A DNA stretch of 64,000 bases, from IMG/VR virus record IMGVR_UViG_3300033066_001054; one strand, 5' to 3'. A program made the position numbers and the translations under genes. The notes below the pieces were generated by a model. That model had not been told where the DNA came from. It saw nothing but the letters and a program-made list of their open reading frames with translations, and searched no databases. Origin of the DNA: a virus (taxonomy: Duplodnaviria; Caudoviricetes). Shown here in pieces: positions 28,132 through 38,316 of the stretch (its first letter is position 1; the number at the start of each line of letters is the position of its first letter).

Positions 28132-28761
28132 ATGAGTGAAGATTTCGAAGACCTTGATATACCAGCAACGGGCGCAATCATTCTCAATGGTGCCGGCGCA
28201 GTGCGTTCTTATGGCAAAACAGTACATGCTTGGATTGCCAGAATGCCATATGTCAATGATGGCGGCATTGTTTTTGACAATGGTGTTGCAACTAAAATCA
28301 GCGTGTCAATGAACGCGCCGTTGTATATCGAAGACGAGGTTATGGGCCGCATTATCAACGGTTCGCGCTCTAGCGATGGTCATTACGTTGTGCGTTCAGA
28401 GGCAGAGCAACTGCCAAAATGGATGCTCAGAAATGATTGTGGATATGCGTTGCCAGAATATGAGCCAAAAACCCTCAAGTGCTCTCGGTGTGGAATCGTT
28501 CACCGGCGTCATTCCACGCCTTGTGAGTGCATATTTTTGGCTCCAGCTTTGATTTTAAGTGATATTTGGGTTGTTGGACTGCGAATTTACAAGCGCAGAT
28601 GCGATGATTATATCAAGGCAGAGCGTGAGCGATTGTTAGACTGGATGTTTGCACCAGTAATGCCTACAACGCCGCATTTCATGCCAGAGTGTAAGAAGAA
28701 TGCAAGAACAACCGAGATATCTGAAGAAAGTACAGATACGGAACTTCCAGAGCCATCGTGA
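28132..28761 (+). CDS. Hypothetical protein
   Basis: 209-aa ORF with CSRC...CEC. Confidence 0.6.
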   Translation: MSEDFEDLDIPATGAIILNGAGAVRSYGKTVHAWIARMPYVNDGGIVFDNGVATKISVSMNAPLYIEDEVMGRIINGSRSSDGHYVVRSEAEQLPKWMLRNDCGYALPEYEPKTLKCSRCGIVHRRHSTPCECIFLAPALILSDIWVVGLRIYKRRCDDYIKAERERLLDWMFAPVMPTTPHFMPECKKNARTTEISEESTDTELPEPS

Positions 28762-29860
28762 CACCGAGGTACACCTTGTGCCCGGTATCAATCTCATTGT
28801 CGGCACAAGCGACATTGGTAAGTCTGCGTTTATGCGTGCTTTGAACCTAGCAATGCACAACGAGATACCAAATAGAGAGTTTGTTACCTATGGCGAAAAG
28901 GACGCAACTGTTATTCTAGAGTTTAGCGACGGTACAGTGGTGGAACGCGTCAAAGGTTCTACCAAGAATGCGTATTACGCCACGTTGCCAGACGGAACAC
29001 GAATTGAAAAAGAAAAGCTGGGAAATACCGCAAACATACCCGAGGAAATCTATAAAGCACTTGGTTCGCCACCAATTGACAAAAAACACGGACCGCTCGC
29101 TTACGCAGACCAACACAGTCCTCTTTTCCTTGTGTCTTTGACCCCCACCGAACTACCACGTTGTATCAGCGAACTAACCGGACTTGATGACTACGAAACC
29201 GCAGCATTAGACCTGGCCAAGAACGCACGAAGATTTGACCGCAAAGTAAAAGAGGTCAAGGAAAGAATTACCTCAATTGAAGCCGAACTAGAGCAATATC
29301 AAGGTCTTGATGCAGAGATACAAGCATATGATGAAATGGCCAAGATGATTGAAGAGGCCGAAGCAGCGCGTATTGAAGCAGAAGATGCCGAGAATCGGTT
29401 GCAAGAATACAATTTGATTCTCGAACAAGGGCGTCAAATCATTGCAGACATCAATGAGGCAAAGAAGATTCTGGTCGTTGAACCAGAGTTTAATTCAGCC
29501 AAAGCTCTCGAGATTGAGATTGACAACATGCTTGAGGCGTTGTCGGAATACAATGACATCGGAGAGCAGATTGACCAACTTGGTGCCGAAATATCGAACA
29601 CTGGAAAGATACTTGAATCCGGGTTACAGGCACTGATTGACGAAGCACAAGACGTAGGCATATTCTTGACCAATGCCAGAAAGGTTTTGAATGAATACAA
29701 CAATGTTTTGGCAGAGGGTTCTAGAACCAAAACAGAAATCTCGGAGGCCGAAGATGAACTGGCACGCCTTGTCAATGAACAAGAACAGATGATTGAGAAG
29801 TTTGCCGCGGCCGGGCTGTTGTGCCCCGAGTGTAAGCAACCACTAGCAGGTGTAGCATGA
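28700..29860 (+). CDS. SbcC/Rad50 ATPase, N-terminal half
   Basis: IRNFQSH, Walker A GTSDIGKS, Q-loop and coiled coil, ending at the CPEC zinc hook. No Walker B. Confidence 0.88.
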   Translation: MQEQPRYLKKVQIRNFQSHRDTEVHLVPGINLIVGTSDIGKSAFMRALNLAMHNEIPNREFVTYGEKDATVILEFSDGTVVERVKGSTKNAYYATLPDGTRIEKEKLGNTANIPEEIYKALGSPPIDKKHGPLAYADQHSPLFLVSLTPTELPRCISELTGLDDYETAALDLAKNARRFDRKVKEVKERITSIEAELEQYQGLDAEIQAYDEMAKMIEEAEAARIEAEDAENRLQEYNLILEQGRQIIADINEAKKILVVEPEFNSAKALEIEIDNMLEALSEYNDIGEQIDQLGAEISNTGKILESGLQALIDEAQDVGIFLTNARKVLNEYNNVLAEGSRTKTEISEAEDELARLVNEQEQMIEKFAAAGLLCPECKQPLAGVA

Positions 29861-30825
29861 GTAAGATAATTCGAGGCATGGTCGTTGGAGACTTACACAA
29901 TGACAACAGGCAACCGAAAATGCGCAAAGACGATTACTGTCTGGCGTGTTTGGAAGAGTTGAACGAAATCATTGATATCGGAGAGCAGAACAAGGTTGAC
30001 TACATTCTGTTTTTGGGCGATATATTCCATCGTATGGACCCGTCTGGTTCATGTCGCAATGGTGTAATTAAGGCACTGCAGCGAAGCACAAGGCGAAAGT
30101 TGATTGTTGTGGGCAACCATGATATCAGCAACAGTTTCTCAAACTTGATGCAGAGTGCGCTTGGCACATTGATTATCGACGGTCATCTGGAGTTTCAGGA
30201 ATACTTCCCAGAATTCGGACTCGGTATGTTGCACTACAAAGAAGGCATCCATCAGCAAATCTACGATGGTGCTGCCACAAAGCACCCCGCACTTATCTGG
30301 GCCGCACATGCATACATTGTCCCAAGTCAGTTCTTTGATGCGGAGCATGTTATCTTTGATGATATGCCACTGAATCCCGAGTGCAAACTGGTCACGGTTG
30401 GGCACCTGCACACACCTATGGAACTACAGAGAGACGACAAGGTCAATCTGATTAACCCAGGAAGCATTGGTAGACCAAAAGCGAGCGCGGAACACCTTGG
30501 ACGACAACCCAGTGTGCTGTTGCTCAAATACACTCTTGAAGGAAACGGAGATGACTTACAACATAAGTATGTGGAACTGTCATGCTCTAGGCCACCCGAA
30601 GAAATCTTTTACTTAGAAGAGGCCAAAGAACAGCGTGTGAACAAAAAGCGTGCGAAGGAGTTCGTCCGCCAAGTAGCCCAGCTTAGCGCATGGACACAGG
30701 GTGAAGACAAATATCTTTCTTTGCGCAATAGCGGTAAACAGAAAGAGGTTCCAGATGAGATAATTGATATTGCCGAGGCCGCTTTACGCGCAGCCAATGA
30801 AGGGCACGCAATGATTAACGACTGA
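29857..30825 (+). CDS. SbcD/Mre11-like metallophosphoesterase nuclease
   Basis: GDLH, GDIFH, GNHD, GHLH and NPGS motifs. Confidence 0.9.
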   Translation: MSKIIRGMVVGDLHNDNRQPKMRKDDYCLACLEELNEIIDIGEQNKVDYILFLGDIFHRMDPSGSCRNGVIKALQRSTRRKLIVVGNHDISNSFSNLMQSALGTLIIDGHLEFQEYFPEFGLGMLHYKEGIHQQIYDGAATKHPALIWAAHAYIVPSQFFDAEHVIFDDMPLNPECKLVTVGHLHTPMELQRDDKVNLINPGSIGRPKASAEHLGRQPSVLLLKYTLEGNGDDLQHKYVELSCSRPPEEIFYLEEAKEQRVNKKRAKEFVRQVAQLSAWTQGEDKYLSLRNSGKQKEVPDEIIDIAEAALRAANEGHAMIND

Positions 30826-30833
30826 GGTTACAA

Positions 30834-31130
30834 ATGAACGAATCAGAAATTCAACAATTCGAAGAATGCAAATCGACACTAGACGCACTTGAGAAATCCA
30901 TAGGCAAGGCGCAGACAACTGTGGCTGTCTTGACCAAGCAAATGGACACACTGAAGGCAAGACGCAAGCAAATAGAAGAATCGTGTGCCAACGACCTTGG
31001 TGTACCAATCAAGGAACTACAGAACACGGTTGCCGAGAAATTCGAGAGCTATGTGAACCTCACAAAGCAAGCGTCAGAAATGTTTGAGCAAATCAACCAA
31101 GAACAGGACCTGGATGGAAAATCTAACTAA
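30834..31130 (+). CDS. Small coiled-coil protein
   Basis: GAGG SD and heptad pattern. Confidence 0.65.
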   Translation: MNESEIQQFEECKSTLDALEKSIGKAQTTVAVLTKQMDTLKARRKQIEESCANDLGVPIKELQNTVAEKFESYVNLTKQASEMFEQINQEQDLDGKSN

Positions 31131-31836
31131 AGACATTGCACGCAAGGTTGACTCTTGGGGCAAGCGTTTGGCCGAGCGAAAGGGCGCACGAGACCAGTTG
31201 GTTCGCAACCTAGAGCGCGAACAAACTGAGCAAAATACTCTGATTGAAGACCAGCAGAAGTACAAAAAAGCCCATACGTTCATGATGTCTGAATTGAGCG
31301 AGAGAAGAGCCCTGGCAATCTCGAGTATTGAAGAGATTGCCACCAGTGGCTTGCGCATGGTGTACGACAACAGCTACGGACTTAAGTTTGACACCTTTGA
31401 CGAGAAGCGGTCTGAAGAAGGAATTGCAACGTACAAAATGGAGATTCGCGTGAATGGCATATTTGATGGACAGGAGCGCAGCTTTATTCTCCAGGGTGGC
31501 AAAGGTGGCGGTCTGCATGACGGTATCGCGTTGATTTTGAGAGACGCGTCTTTGACTTGGAAACGATACAATGGATTTATGATGTTTGATGAGGCGTATA
31601 AGTTCATGAGTAGAGATGACAAGATTGAAAACGTTGCTTCATTGTTGAGACAAACAGCAGACCTGAACAATCGACAGTACATCTTTTCGACTCATATGCA
31701 GGATTCATTTGCGCCTGTTGCCGACAACATCATCCGTTTTTCACAACAAGACGGAATCGTTAAATGCGAGTATCTTTCACCGCACGACATTGTAGAAATA
31801 GAGGAAGAATATGGCAACGAAGAAGACGATGAGTGA
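31114..31836 (+). CDS. SbcC/Rad50 ATPase, C-terminal half
   Basis: Short coil, signature-like KGGG, Walker B MMFDE and H-loop STH. Confidence 0.8.
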   Translation: MENLTKDIARKVDSWGKRLAERKGARDQLVRNLEREQTEQNTLIEDQQKYKKAHTFMMSELSERRALAISSIEEIATSGLRMVYDNSYGLKFDTFDEKRSEEGIATYKMEIRVNGIFDGQERSFILQGGKGGGLHDGIALILRDASLTWKRYNGFMMFDEAYKFMSRDDKIENVASLLRQTADLNNRQYIFSTHMQDSFAPVADNIIRFSQQDGIVKCEYLSPHDIVEIEEEYGNEEDDE

Positions 31837-32674
31837 AGACGAAAAAGTGTTGCACGCACTAGTTGATGAAATCATGACAATGCCAATACCACCACCCACT
31901 TCACTTAGCAACCCACTAGCAAACAACAAGCGCAAGGTCAAAATGTCCGAACACGGCACCATTTCAAGACCTGACAATATCGAAGACTGGAATGTCCGTC
32001 ACCTGCTGGACTACTTTGCTGAAAGATATAAACAAGAGCTTGGAAAGCAATACCGAAAGGCTTTTCAGGCCGACCAACATGTCTTTCACCAGGTCACTGC
32101 ATTTATGTCTTCAAACGGCTTAGACAAAATGGAATGGTCTAAGAAATTGGTCGACTGGGGTTTTGACAACCTAGAGCGCGTTATTCTGCATCAGAAGCAC
32201 ATTTCTCCGCAATCGCTTTTGCGCATGGTGAACTACTTCATGCAAGAAGAGGTTATGCCATTGGTCGAAGACGAGAAGATTGAGCGAGACAAATATGACG
32301 AGTCGCTGATTGATGAAATCAATGCGGCCGTTGAGGCTGGCAAGCGAATGGAAATCTTCAGCCGGCATGGCATCCCTGTTGGCATAACATATCTTGTAAA
32401 CTGCAAGAAATACGACGAAGAGCAAACCGTTGAGTCATTCTCGAAGTTCCTGAAAGATTTGCAAAAGACCGAAGAGGGCAGAGTGAGAATCAGGCGCATG
32501 ATTATGGCGTCAATTCTTGGCTCGCCATACCCAAAGGAGTTTCGATTACTAGATTGGCGCAAGCATTTTTCGTTTGTGTGCGATGCGTTCTATGCAGAAT
32601 CGTGGTGGAGAGACATTGACTACAGCGGCAAGCCGATGAGCAAGTATTATGCGCTGCTCGAGGAGAACGAATGA
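31811..32674 (+). CDS. Hypothetical protein
   Basis: 287-aa ORF in the replication operon. Confidence 0.65.
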   Translation: MATKKTMSEDEKVLHALVDEIMTMPIPPPTSLSNPLANNKRKVKMSEHGTISRPDNIEDWNVRHLLDYFAERYKQELGKQYRKAFQADQHVFHQVTAFMSSNGLDKMEWSKKLVDWGFDNLERVILHQKHISPQSLLRMVNYFMQEEVMPLVEDEKIERDKYDESLIDEINAAVEAGKRMEIFSRHGIPVGITYLVNCKKYDEEQTVESFSKFLKDLQKTEEGRVRIRRMIMASILGSPYPKEFRLLDWRKHFSFVCDAFYAESWWRDIDYSGKPMSKYYALLEENE

Positions 32675-34296
32675 GCCTTCATCAAGACGCGCAACACGAA
32701 TTGGATTGTCAAATTTGTAGCAATCGACCTTTGATTTATGTTTGCACATACGAAGAGCAGCGTGTGGTTGACGCAATCAGAGAGGTCTGCACCTCCAGGT
32801 CAGACTCAAAGAATTGGAATCTTGTTAGCTGGGACCTTGGGGCTCAGCTAAATGTCATTGCCGGAGATATTGCGTTGCCGAACGGCGGTGTACCAGACCA
32901 ACTGTCGGTGCTCCAGTGGTTCAATGAATTAGACAGCACACAAACCTATACAGTTCTGATACTCAAGGACTTTCACAAGTTAATGGGCGCAGATGGACAC
33001 CCTGGCCAGGCCGAATATCGCGTTATACGATTGTTGAGAAACATGGTGCAGAGCATGATTGGTGAATACAAATGTATCGTTATCATGGCACCGGCTCTGT
33101 TCTTACCAAAAGAGCTTGAGCGAACTTGCGCTGTAATTGATTGGCCATTGCCAGAAGAAGAAGACATCAAAGATAAAGTTACTAATCTACTGAGTGCTGC
33201 AGGCGAAAAGCCAGAGATTGCATCTAGGTTCAAAACCGAGTACACCAACGAAGGCATGCAAGAGTCAGTACATGCATTCAAGGGCTTAACCCTTGAGCAA
33301 ATTCAACTGCTCTCAACATACTTGATGCTGACAACAGACGAACTGAATGCGACAAATATCTCTAGCCACAAGCGTGATGCAATACGCAAATCAACAGCAC
33401 TAGAATGGATTCCCACCAACGAAAACATGGACGCCATAGGCGGTATGAAAGGCATCAAAGAGTGGCTTAATCGGCGCAAAGAGGCATTCGGAGACGAAGC
33501 ACGACAATATGGTCTTCCGTATCCAAAAGGCGCATTACTGGTTGGAATTCAGGGTTGTGGAAAGAGTTCACTCGCCAAGGCTGTTGCAACCACGTTCAAG
33601 CAACCATTATTGAGGCTTGACTTTGGTCGCCTTTACAACAGCCTTCTCGGTTCTACAGAAGAGAACGTTCGTAATGCGATTAAGATTGCAGAATCTATCG
33701 CGCCTTGTGTTTTATGGGCAGACGAATTGGAAAAGGGTGTATCTGGCGCATCACACGGTATTAGTGACGGTGGCACAAGTTCGCGTGTTTTTGCAACATT
33801 TTTGACCTGGATGCAAGAAAAAACTGCGCCAGTGTTTCTTGTTGCCACAGCTAATGATGTGTCACAATTACCACCAGAAATGTTGCGCAAGGGGCGTTTC
33901 GATGAAATCTTCTTTGTGGACTTGCCGGATGTTAATGAGCGCGAAGAGATATTCAAGATTCATCTTCGACGGGCGGGAGTTTCGCTAGAAGACCTGGATA
34001 AGTCAGAACTGCTCGGTACCACAGAGGGCTTCACTGGTGCCGAAATTGAAGCGGTGATTATTGAGGCGATGCACGATGCGTTTCTTGACGGTCAACGAAA
34101 GGTGCAAACCAATGACCTGTTATTGGCCGCATCAGAAACTGTACCATTGTCTCAAACCATGAATGAGCGCATTACAGCCTTGAGAAATTGGGCGCAAACC
34201 AGAGCGCGTGCCGCCAATAGCGTGCGCAATACCAAATCTCGTGGTAAACTACAGAATGCCCCCATTGTGGTTATGGACGAAGACGATGAGTTGTGA
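32671..34296 (+). CDS. AAA+ ATPase, Ycf46-like
   Basis: LKDFH, GIQGCGKS, WADELEK, TAN and LPPEMLRKGRFDE motifs. Confidence 0.9.
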   Translation: MSLHQDAQHELDCQICSNRPLIYVCTYEEQRVVDAIREVCTSRSDSKNWNLVSWDLGAQLNVIAGDIALPNGGVPDQLSVLQWFNELDSTQTYTVLILKDFHKLMGADGHPGQAEYRVIRLLRNMVQSMIGEYKCIVIMAPALFLPKELERTCAVIDWPLPEEEDIKDKVTNLLSAAGEKPEIASRFKTEYTNEGMQESVHAFKGLTLEQIQLLSTYLMLTTDELNATNISSHKRDAIRKSTALEWIPTNENMDAIGGMKGIKEWLNRRKEAFGDEARQYGLPYPKGALLVGIQGCGKSSLAKAVATTFKQPLLRLDFGRLYNSLLGSTEENVRNAIKIAESIAPCVLWADELEKGVSGASHGISDGGTSSRVFATFLTWMQEKTAPVFLVATANDVSQLPPEMLRKGRFDEIFFVDLPDVNEREEIFKIHLRRAGVSLEDLDKSELLGTTEGFTGAEIEAVIIEAMHDAFLDGQRKVQTNDLLLAASETVPLSQTMNERITALRNWAQTRARAANSVRNTKSRGKLQNAPIVVMDEDDEL

Positions 34297-34304
34297 GGTC
34301 AAAC

Positions 34305-35048
34305 ATGAGTGACGGATTAGACGGTTGGTTGTCAGAAGATATCGACATATCTCGCAGTAGGGTACAAGCACGTCCCGAAGCAGACCCTGATATGTCAGAA
34401 CGATGGCATCGTGACAGATACAAAGAGTGCCACCTCCCGGCAGAATTTTGGAACCTCACTCTGGACGACAACTGGATTTCCAAGCAAGATGTGCGTGGTC
34501 ATGACCTAACACCCCAACAGGCACGCAAGAAGCAGTTTGCTGTTGACTTTGTCAGAAAGTACATCAGTGTCATCGCATACGTTTGTCGTGGCAAGGTGCT
34601 GAAAATGCAAACCAGGGACGCACAACGCTCTCAAGGGTTTCATTCTGTGATAGTCGTTGGTGGTAGCAGCAGTGGCAAGAGTTTTCTTGCGGCCGAGATT
34701 GCCAAGGCCGCGATATTGCGCGGAGAAGATGTGCGATGGTATGACTATTGCGCACTAAGCAACTTGATGTTGAGTCGCAGCTATTCTGTTGAAGAAGAAC
34801 AACATCAAACGATTAAAGAATTCGAGTCAATGGCATTGATTGTGATTGATGCCGTAGAAACAGACAAGATTGATGACAAGGGGCGTTTGGCACTAAAAGC
34901 ACTGGCTCGGGCTCGGCGCAGTTCTGGTCTACCTTGGATTATCACATGCAAGCACGACGTATTGCAGGCTAACGACCACCCATTGTCAGAACTCATCAAT
35001 TCGCAATACGCGAAGCGATTGGTATTACCGACCAGCAATATCGCATAG
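34305..35048 (+). CDS. DnaC/IstB-like helicase loader ATPase
   Basis: GGSSSGKSFLA, LIVID, R....LP.IIT; adjacent to dnaB. Confidence 0.7.
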   Translation: MSDGLDGWLSEDIDISRSRVQARPEADPDMSERWHRDRYKECHLPAEFWNLTLDDNWISKQDVRGHDLTPQQARKKQFAVDFVRKYISVIAYVCRGKVLKMQTRDAQRSQGFHSVIVVGGSSSGKSFLAAEIAKAAILRGEDVRWYDYCALSNLMLSRSYSVEEEQHQTIKEFESMALIVIDAVETDKIDDKGRLALKALARARRSSGLPWIITCKHDVLQANDHPLSELINSQYAKRLVLPTSNIA

Positions 35049-35077
35049 GACGATGCGATAACTAACATTGAGTCATT

Positions 35078-36676
35078 ATGGAACAAGGCAAATTAGAGAA
35101 AGAGTTTTTGTGTCAGCTTCTGAGTAGTTCAGAGGCGATGATTCGTGCGCAGTCTGCCAATGTTTCCAGCGAGTGGTTCACGTATGCAGAAGAGAACGAA
35201 GACCGGTCATATACCCAGGTTTTGTTCTTGTTGGCAGAAGAGTATTTCAAAGAAAGCGACGGGCTTTTGCTCACACTGAAGAATCTTGGAGAGAAAGCGG
35301 CCAAACACGGACTAAAAGAGAGTGTCAAGCGAAAGCTGTTTGCGCTTTTTGGCGAAGTCAAAGAGATTGACACTGACGAAAATGACTTTCACCTATTGCT
35401 CACAGAACTGAAAGAGCGATTGATGATGCGCATGTATGGCAGTGCCATTACAAAGGCGCACGAAACCATGACAGAGTCTGGTGTAGTAGATGCCAGAACC
35501 ATACTCCGAGAGCACTTAGACCGCATGGACGAGGTGGACAACGAGGGTTACTTAGGCATCACCGAAATCAATATCGCAGAGTCTTCTGAATTCTTCAAAG
35601 AAGAAATCAAGCGAAAGCGAGAAATGGGTGATGACGAGGGCATCTTCTGCGGAATGCACGAGATTGACGATATAACTCAGGGCTGGCGGCCTGGTCAATT
35701 CGTGGTCACAGTTGCGCGTTCGTCTGGTGGTAAGTCGATTCTATTGTTGAACTGGAGCGCACACGCACACTTGGTTCAGGGCAAAAACGTTCTGTATTTC
35801 TCGCTTGAAATGCCGGCTTGGCAGTGCTATCTCAGGCACCTTTCATATCTCACAAGGCCAAGCAACGAAGCAATAGAAGACGGTATCACACACAAGCAAC
35901 TCAAGTCAGCCAAGATTACTGATGCACAGATTGATGGTATTGCAGACAAGCTACAAAAGTTGTCTGGTGGTGCGTACTTCCTATATGCCGACATCATGGC
36001 AGAACCAACCGCAGCCGCAATTGAAAGAAAGATTCGAATGGTGACTCGAGAAATGGGTCGACCGGACTTGATTGTTGTGGACTATGTTGGTAAGATGACG
36101 TCCAACGATGTTCGCAGGAACGCGGCTTTGTGGGAGAGGTCTGCACATGCCGGTGTTGAACTTGACCGAATTGCTAAGAAATACCAAATTGCAATCCTTA
36201 CCGCAGCGCAGCTAAGTAAATCTAGTATCGGAGAGCACAGAAAGCAGAAACAAGAGGGCAAATCTGCGCTTGTTTCAATGGACCAGGACATGGTTGCTGG
36301 TTCACACCAATTGGTTTCAGATGCCTCGTATGTATTTGGATTCGACTCAAACCGAGAAGCAAGCACTATGACGTTCTTCTCTCTGAAGATGCGCGAAGGC
36401 GGCTGGTTGGTTCCGTTCCAGGCAAAGGTAAAACCAGAGTACAACTATATCTGTGACCCAACTCACGCAGAAATTCTTGACTTTAGAGAAACCAATGGGT
36501 TGTTCACTGGGCTTGCATCGCCAGATGCCGCCGCGGCCGGCGCACACAGCGATTATTCAGCAGAACCATATGTCAAACGCAATGATGACAATACGATTAC
36601 TGTTGGGGCGCCTGGTGGCAAACAGGACTTTACCGAAGATGACCTGATATTCCCATTTGGTGATGATGAGATATGA
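35078..36676 (+). CDS. dnaB: Replicative DNA helicase
   Basis: ARSSGGKS, FSLEM, VVDY, AAQL and KMR motifs. Confidence 0.9.
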   Translation: MEQGKLEKEFLCQLLSSSEAMIRAQSANVSSEWFTYAEENEDRSYTQVLFLLAEEYFKESDGLLLTLKNLGEKAAKHGLKESVKRKLFALFGEVKEIDTDENDFHLLLTELKERLMMRMYGSAITKAHETMTESGVVDARTILREHLDRMDEVDNEGYLGITEINIAESSEFFKEEIKRKREMGDDEGIFCGMHEIDDITQGWRPGQFVVTVARSSGGKSILLLNWSAHAHLVQGKNVLYFSLEMPAWQCYLRHLSYLTRPSNEAIEDGITHKQLKSAKITDAQIDGIADKLQKLSGGAYFLYADIMAEPTAAAIERKIRMVTREMGRPDLIVVDYVGKMTSNDVRRNAALWERSAHAGVELDRIAKKYQIAILTAAQLSKSSIGEHRKQKQEGKSALVSMDQDMVAGSHQLVSDASYVFGFDSNREASTMTFFSLKMREGGWLVPFQAKVKPEYNYICDPTHAEILDFRETNGLFTGLASPDAAAAGAHSDYSAEPYVKRNDDNTITVGAPGGKQDFTEDDLIFPFGDDEI

Positions 36677-37296
36677 CGGAAACACAAAGACTCATACTCT
36701 CAGACCTTAAGACAGAGATACTGTCGAGCATCAATATGGTTGAGTATATCGAAGATGAGTACGGTGTATACATGGAGCCGTCTTCAAATGGCTGGTATCA
36801 AACCAACTGCTTGATGCCCAAGCACAGAGACAACAATCCGAGTTTTGGCGTCAATCCAGACATAGGAAAGTTTAAGTGCCTGAGTTGCGGCAGCAAGGGT
36901 GATTTGATTGAATTAGTTCGAGCGGTTGAAGGCTTGTCGTTTTTTGAGGCACTACAGCGATTGGCAGAATACGCAGGCATCGCATTAGACCAGAGCACCG
37001 ATGCCCAACTCAACAGGGTAGTTCGCCAAATTACCAGAGATGTCAATGGGTATTTGACAGGAAGCCCGGATGCGATGTACCCAGCACAGATGAGCGAACC
37101 CGCATTTATGTGCGCGGTAGCCGCAAGACTTCGTAGATACGAAACAGAAACCCATGACACAACATGGGTAGATGAAAAGTATTCACAGCTTGACGCCATG
37201 ATAGAAGAACTGGACTATAATGGCTGTGAGAAGTTTTGGAATAGACTCAGTGACGACATTAAACTGCGCAAGCGAGAGCTGGCACAAGGAGCATAA
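36673..37296 (+). CDS. Stand-alone primase CHC2 zinc-binding domain protein
   Basis: CLMPKH.D.NPSF.....FKCLSCG.KGD...EAL..LA; no TOPRIM domain. Confidence 0.85.
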   Translation: MTETQRLILSDLKTEILSSINMVEYIEDEYGVYMEPSSNGWYQTNCLMPKHRDNNPSFGVNPDIGKFKCLSCGSKGDLIELVRAVEGLSFFEALQRLAEYAGIALDQSTDAQLNRVVRQITRDVNGYLTGSPDAMYPAQMSEPAFMCAVAARLRRYETETHDTTWVDEKYSQLDAMIEELDYNGCEKFWNRLSDDIKLRKRELAQGA

Positions 37297-37302
37297 TAAC
37301 AC

Positions 37303-37554
37303 ATGGACGACAAGATTCAAACATCACTCAGGCAGGGCGCAGGCATTGTCGCTCAACAGATGTCTCAAGCATTCAACGAAACCGAAGATTTCGAATTCAA
37401 GGTAAATCTCAACGGAGAACTTGCAAAGCGCGTGGCTGCGTTGTGCAAGATGATGGAAGTCGCATATGGCACACCAGTGGAAGAGGTGTGCGAGTACATC
37501 GTTTCGGTTGGGGTTCAGAACATTCGACAAGGCACAGAACAAACCCAAGAATGA
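37303..37554 (+). CDS. Hypothetical protein
   Basis: AGGAG SD; 83 aa. Confidence 0.55.
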   Translation: MDDKIQTSLRQGAGIVAQQMSQAFNETEDFEFKVNLNGELAKRVAALCKMMEVAYGTPVEEVCEYIVSVGVQNIRQGTEQTQE

Positions 37555-38315
37555 ACAAGCATTGGCCTGTTGTTATCTATCCAGAGGTCGCGGCATCTGC
37601 ACTAAAGGCTAAAGTGCATGCTGCGTATGCGGTGTTTGTAATTGTCAAAGTTTATGACTCGCGCCGAGGTGGCTCGGGGCTTGTCGCTATCAACGAACTT
37701 GTAGAGATAGCACAGAAAACCCTTGGTGTTAGTAAAAGCCAGGCATACCGGGTTATTTCAAGTGGAGTTGGTGTTTTTTGGAGGGAACCAAGGCACAAAA
37801 CTGTTGGACTGTTTTCTCATCTCAGGGCATATTACAATCTTGGCATTGAAATGTTTTCGTCCAAACCAGTTCGGCTCACTGTAGCACAGATTGGATACGA
37901 TTCAGACAATTACAGCGGCTCTTACATTAAGGATTTGATGGTGGGTTGCGTGGCTTCTTGGGATAGTGGTGGTTCAGCGATTGCAGTTGAAACCATTGCC
38001 GAGCTTACTGGTGTTTCAACCAGAACAGTTCGCCGGCAAATCAAGTATATGTCATGTCGTCCTAATGGAATTGTCCTTGATGTTTCAACATGCTACAAGG
38101 TAAAGTGCGATAATATCAATCAGATAGAGGCCAATGCGCGTGTTCAGCAATTGAACTCGAATGGCATGGTCAAATATCATTCGGCTCCAAAAGACGGTCA
38201 GTACGCGATACTGGAAAGGGTTGGAAACATATACAACCTGGCTGGTGTAGAGAGACTGGGAAGAAAGCGCAGGCATAGGCACTTGAAGCATGTGTCAAAC
38301 TGGAGAAGAGATTAA
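37551..38315 (+). CDS. Putative HTH DNA-binding protein
   Basis: Two HTH-like segments (LGVSKSQAYR; IAELTGVSTRTVRR). Confidence 0.6.
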   Translation: MNKHWPVVIYPEVAASALKAKVHAAYAVFVIVKVYDSRRGGSGLVAINELVEIAQKTLGVSKSQAYRVISSGVGVFWREPRHKTVGLFSHLRAYYNLGIEMFSSKPVRLTVAQIGYDSDNYSGSYIKDLMVGCVASWDSGGSAIAVETIAELTGVSTRTVRRQIKYMSCRPNGIVLDVSTCYKVKCDNINQIEANARVQQLNSNGMVKYHSAPKDGQYAILERVGNIYNLAGVERLGRKRRHRHLKHVSNWRRD

Positions 38316-38316
38316 C

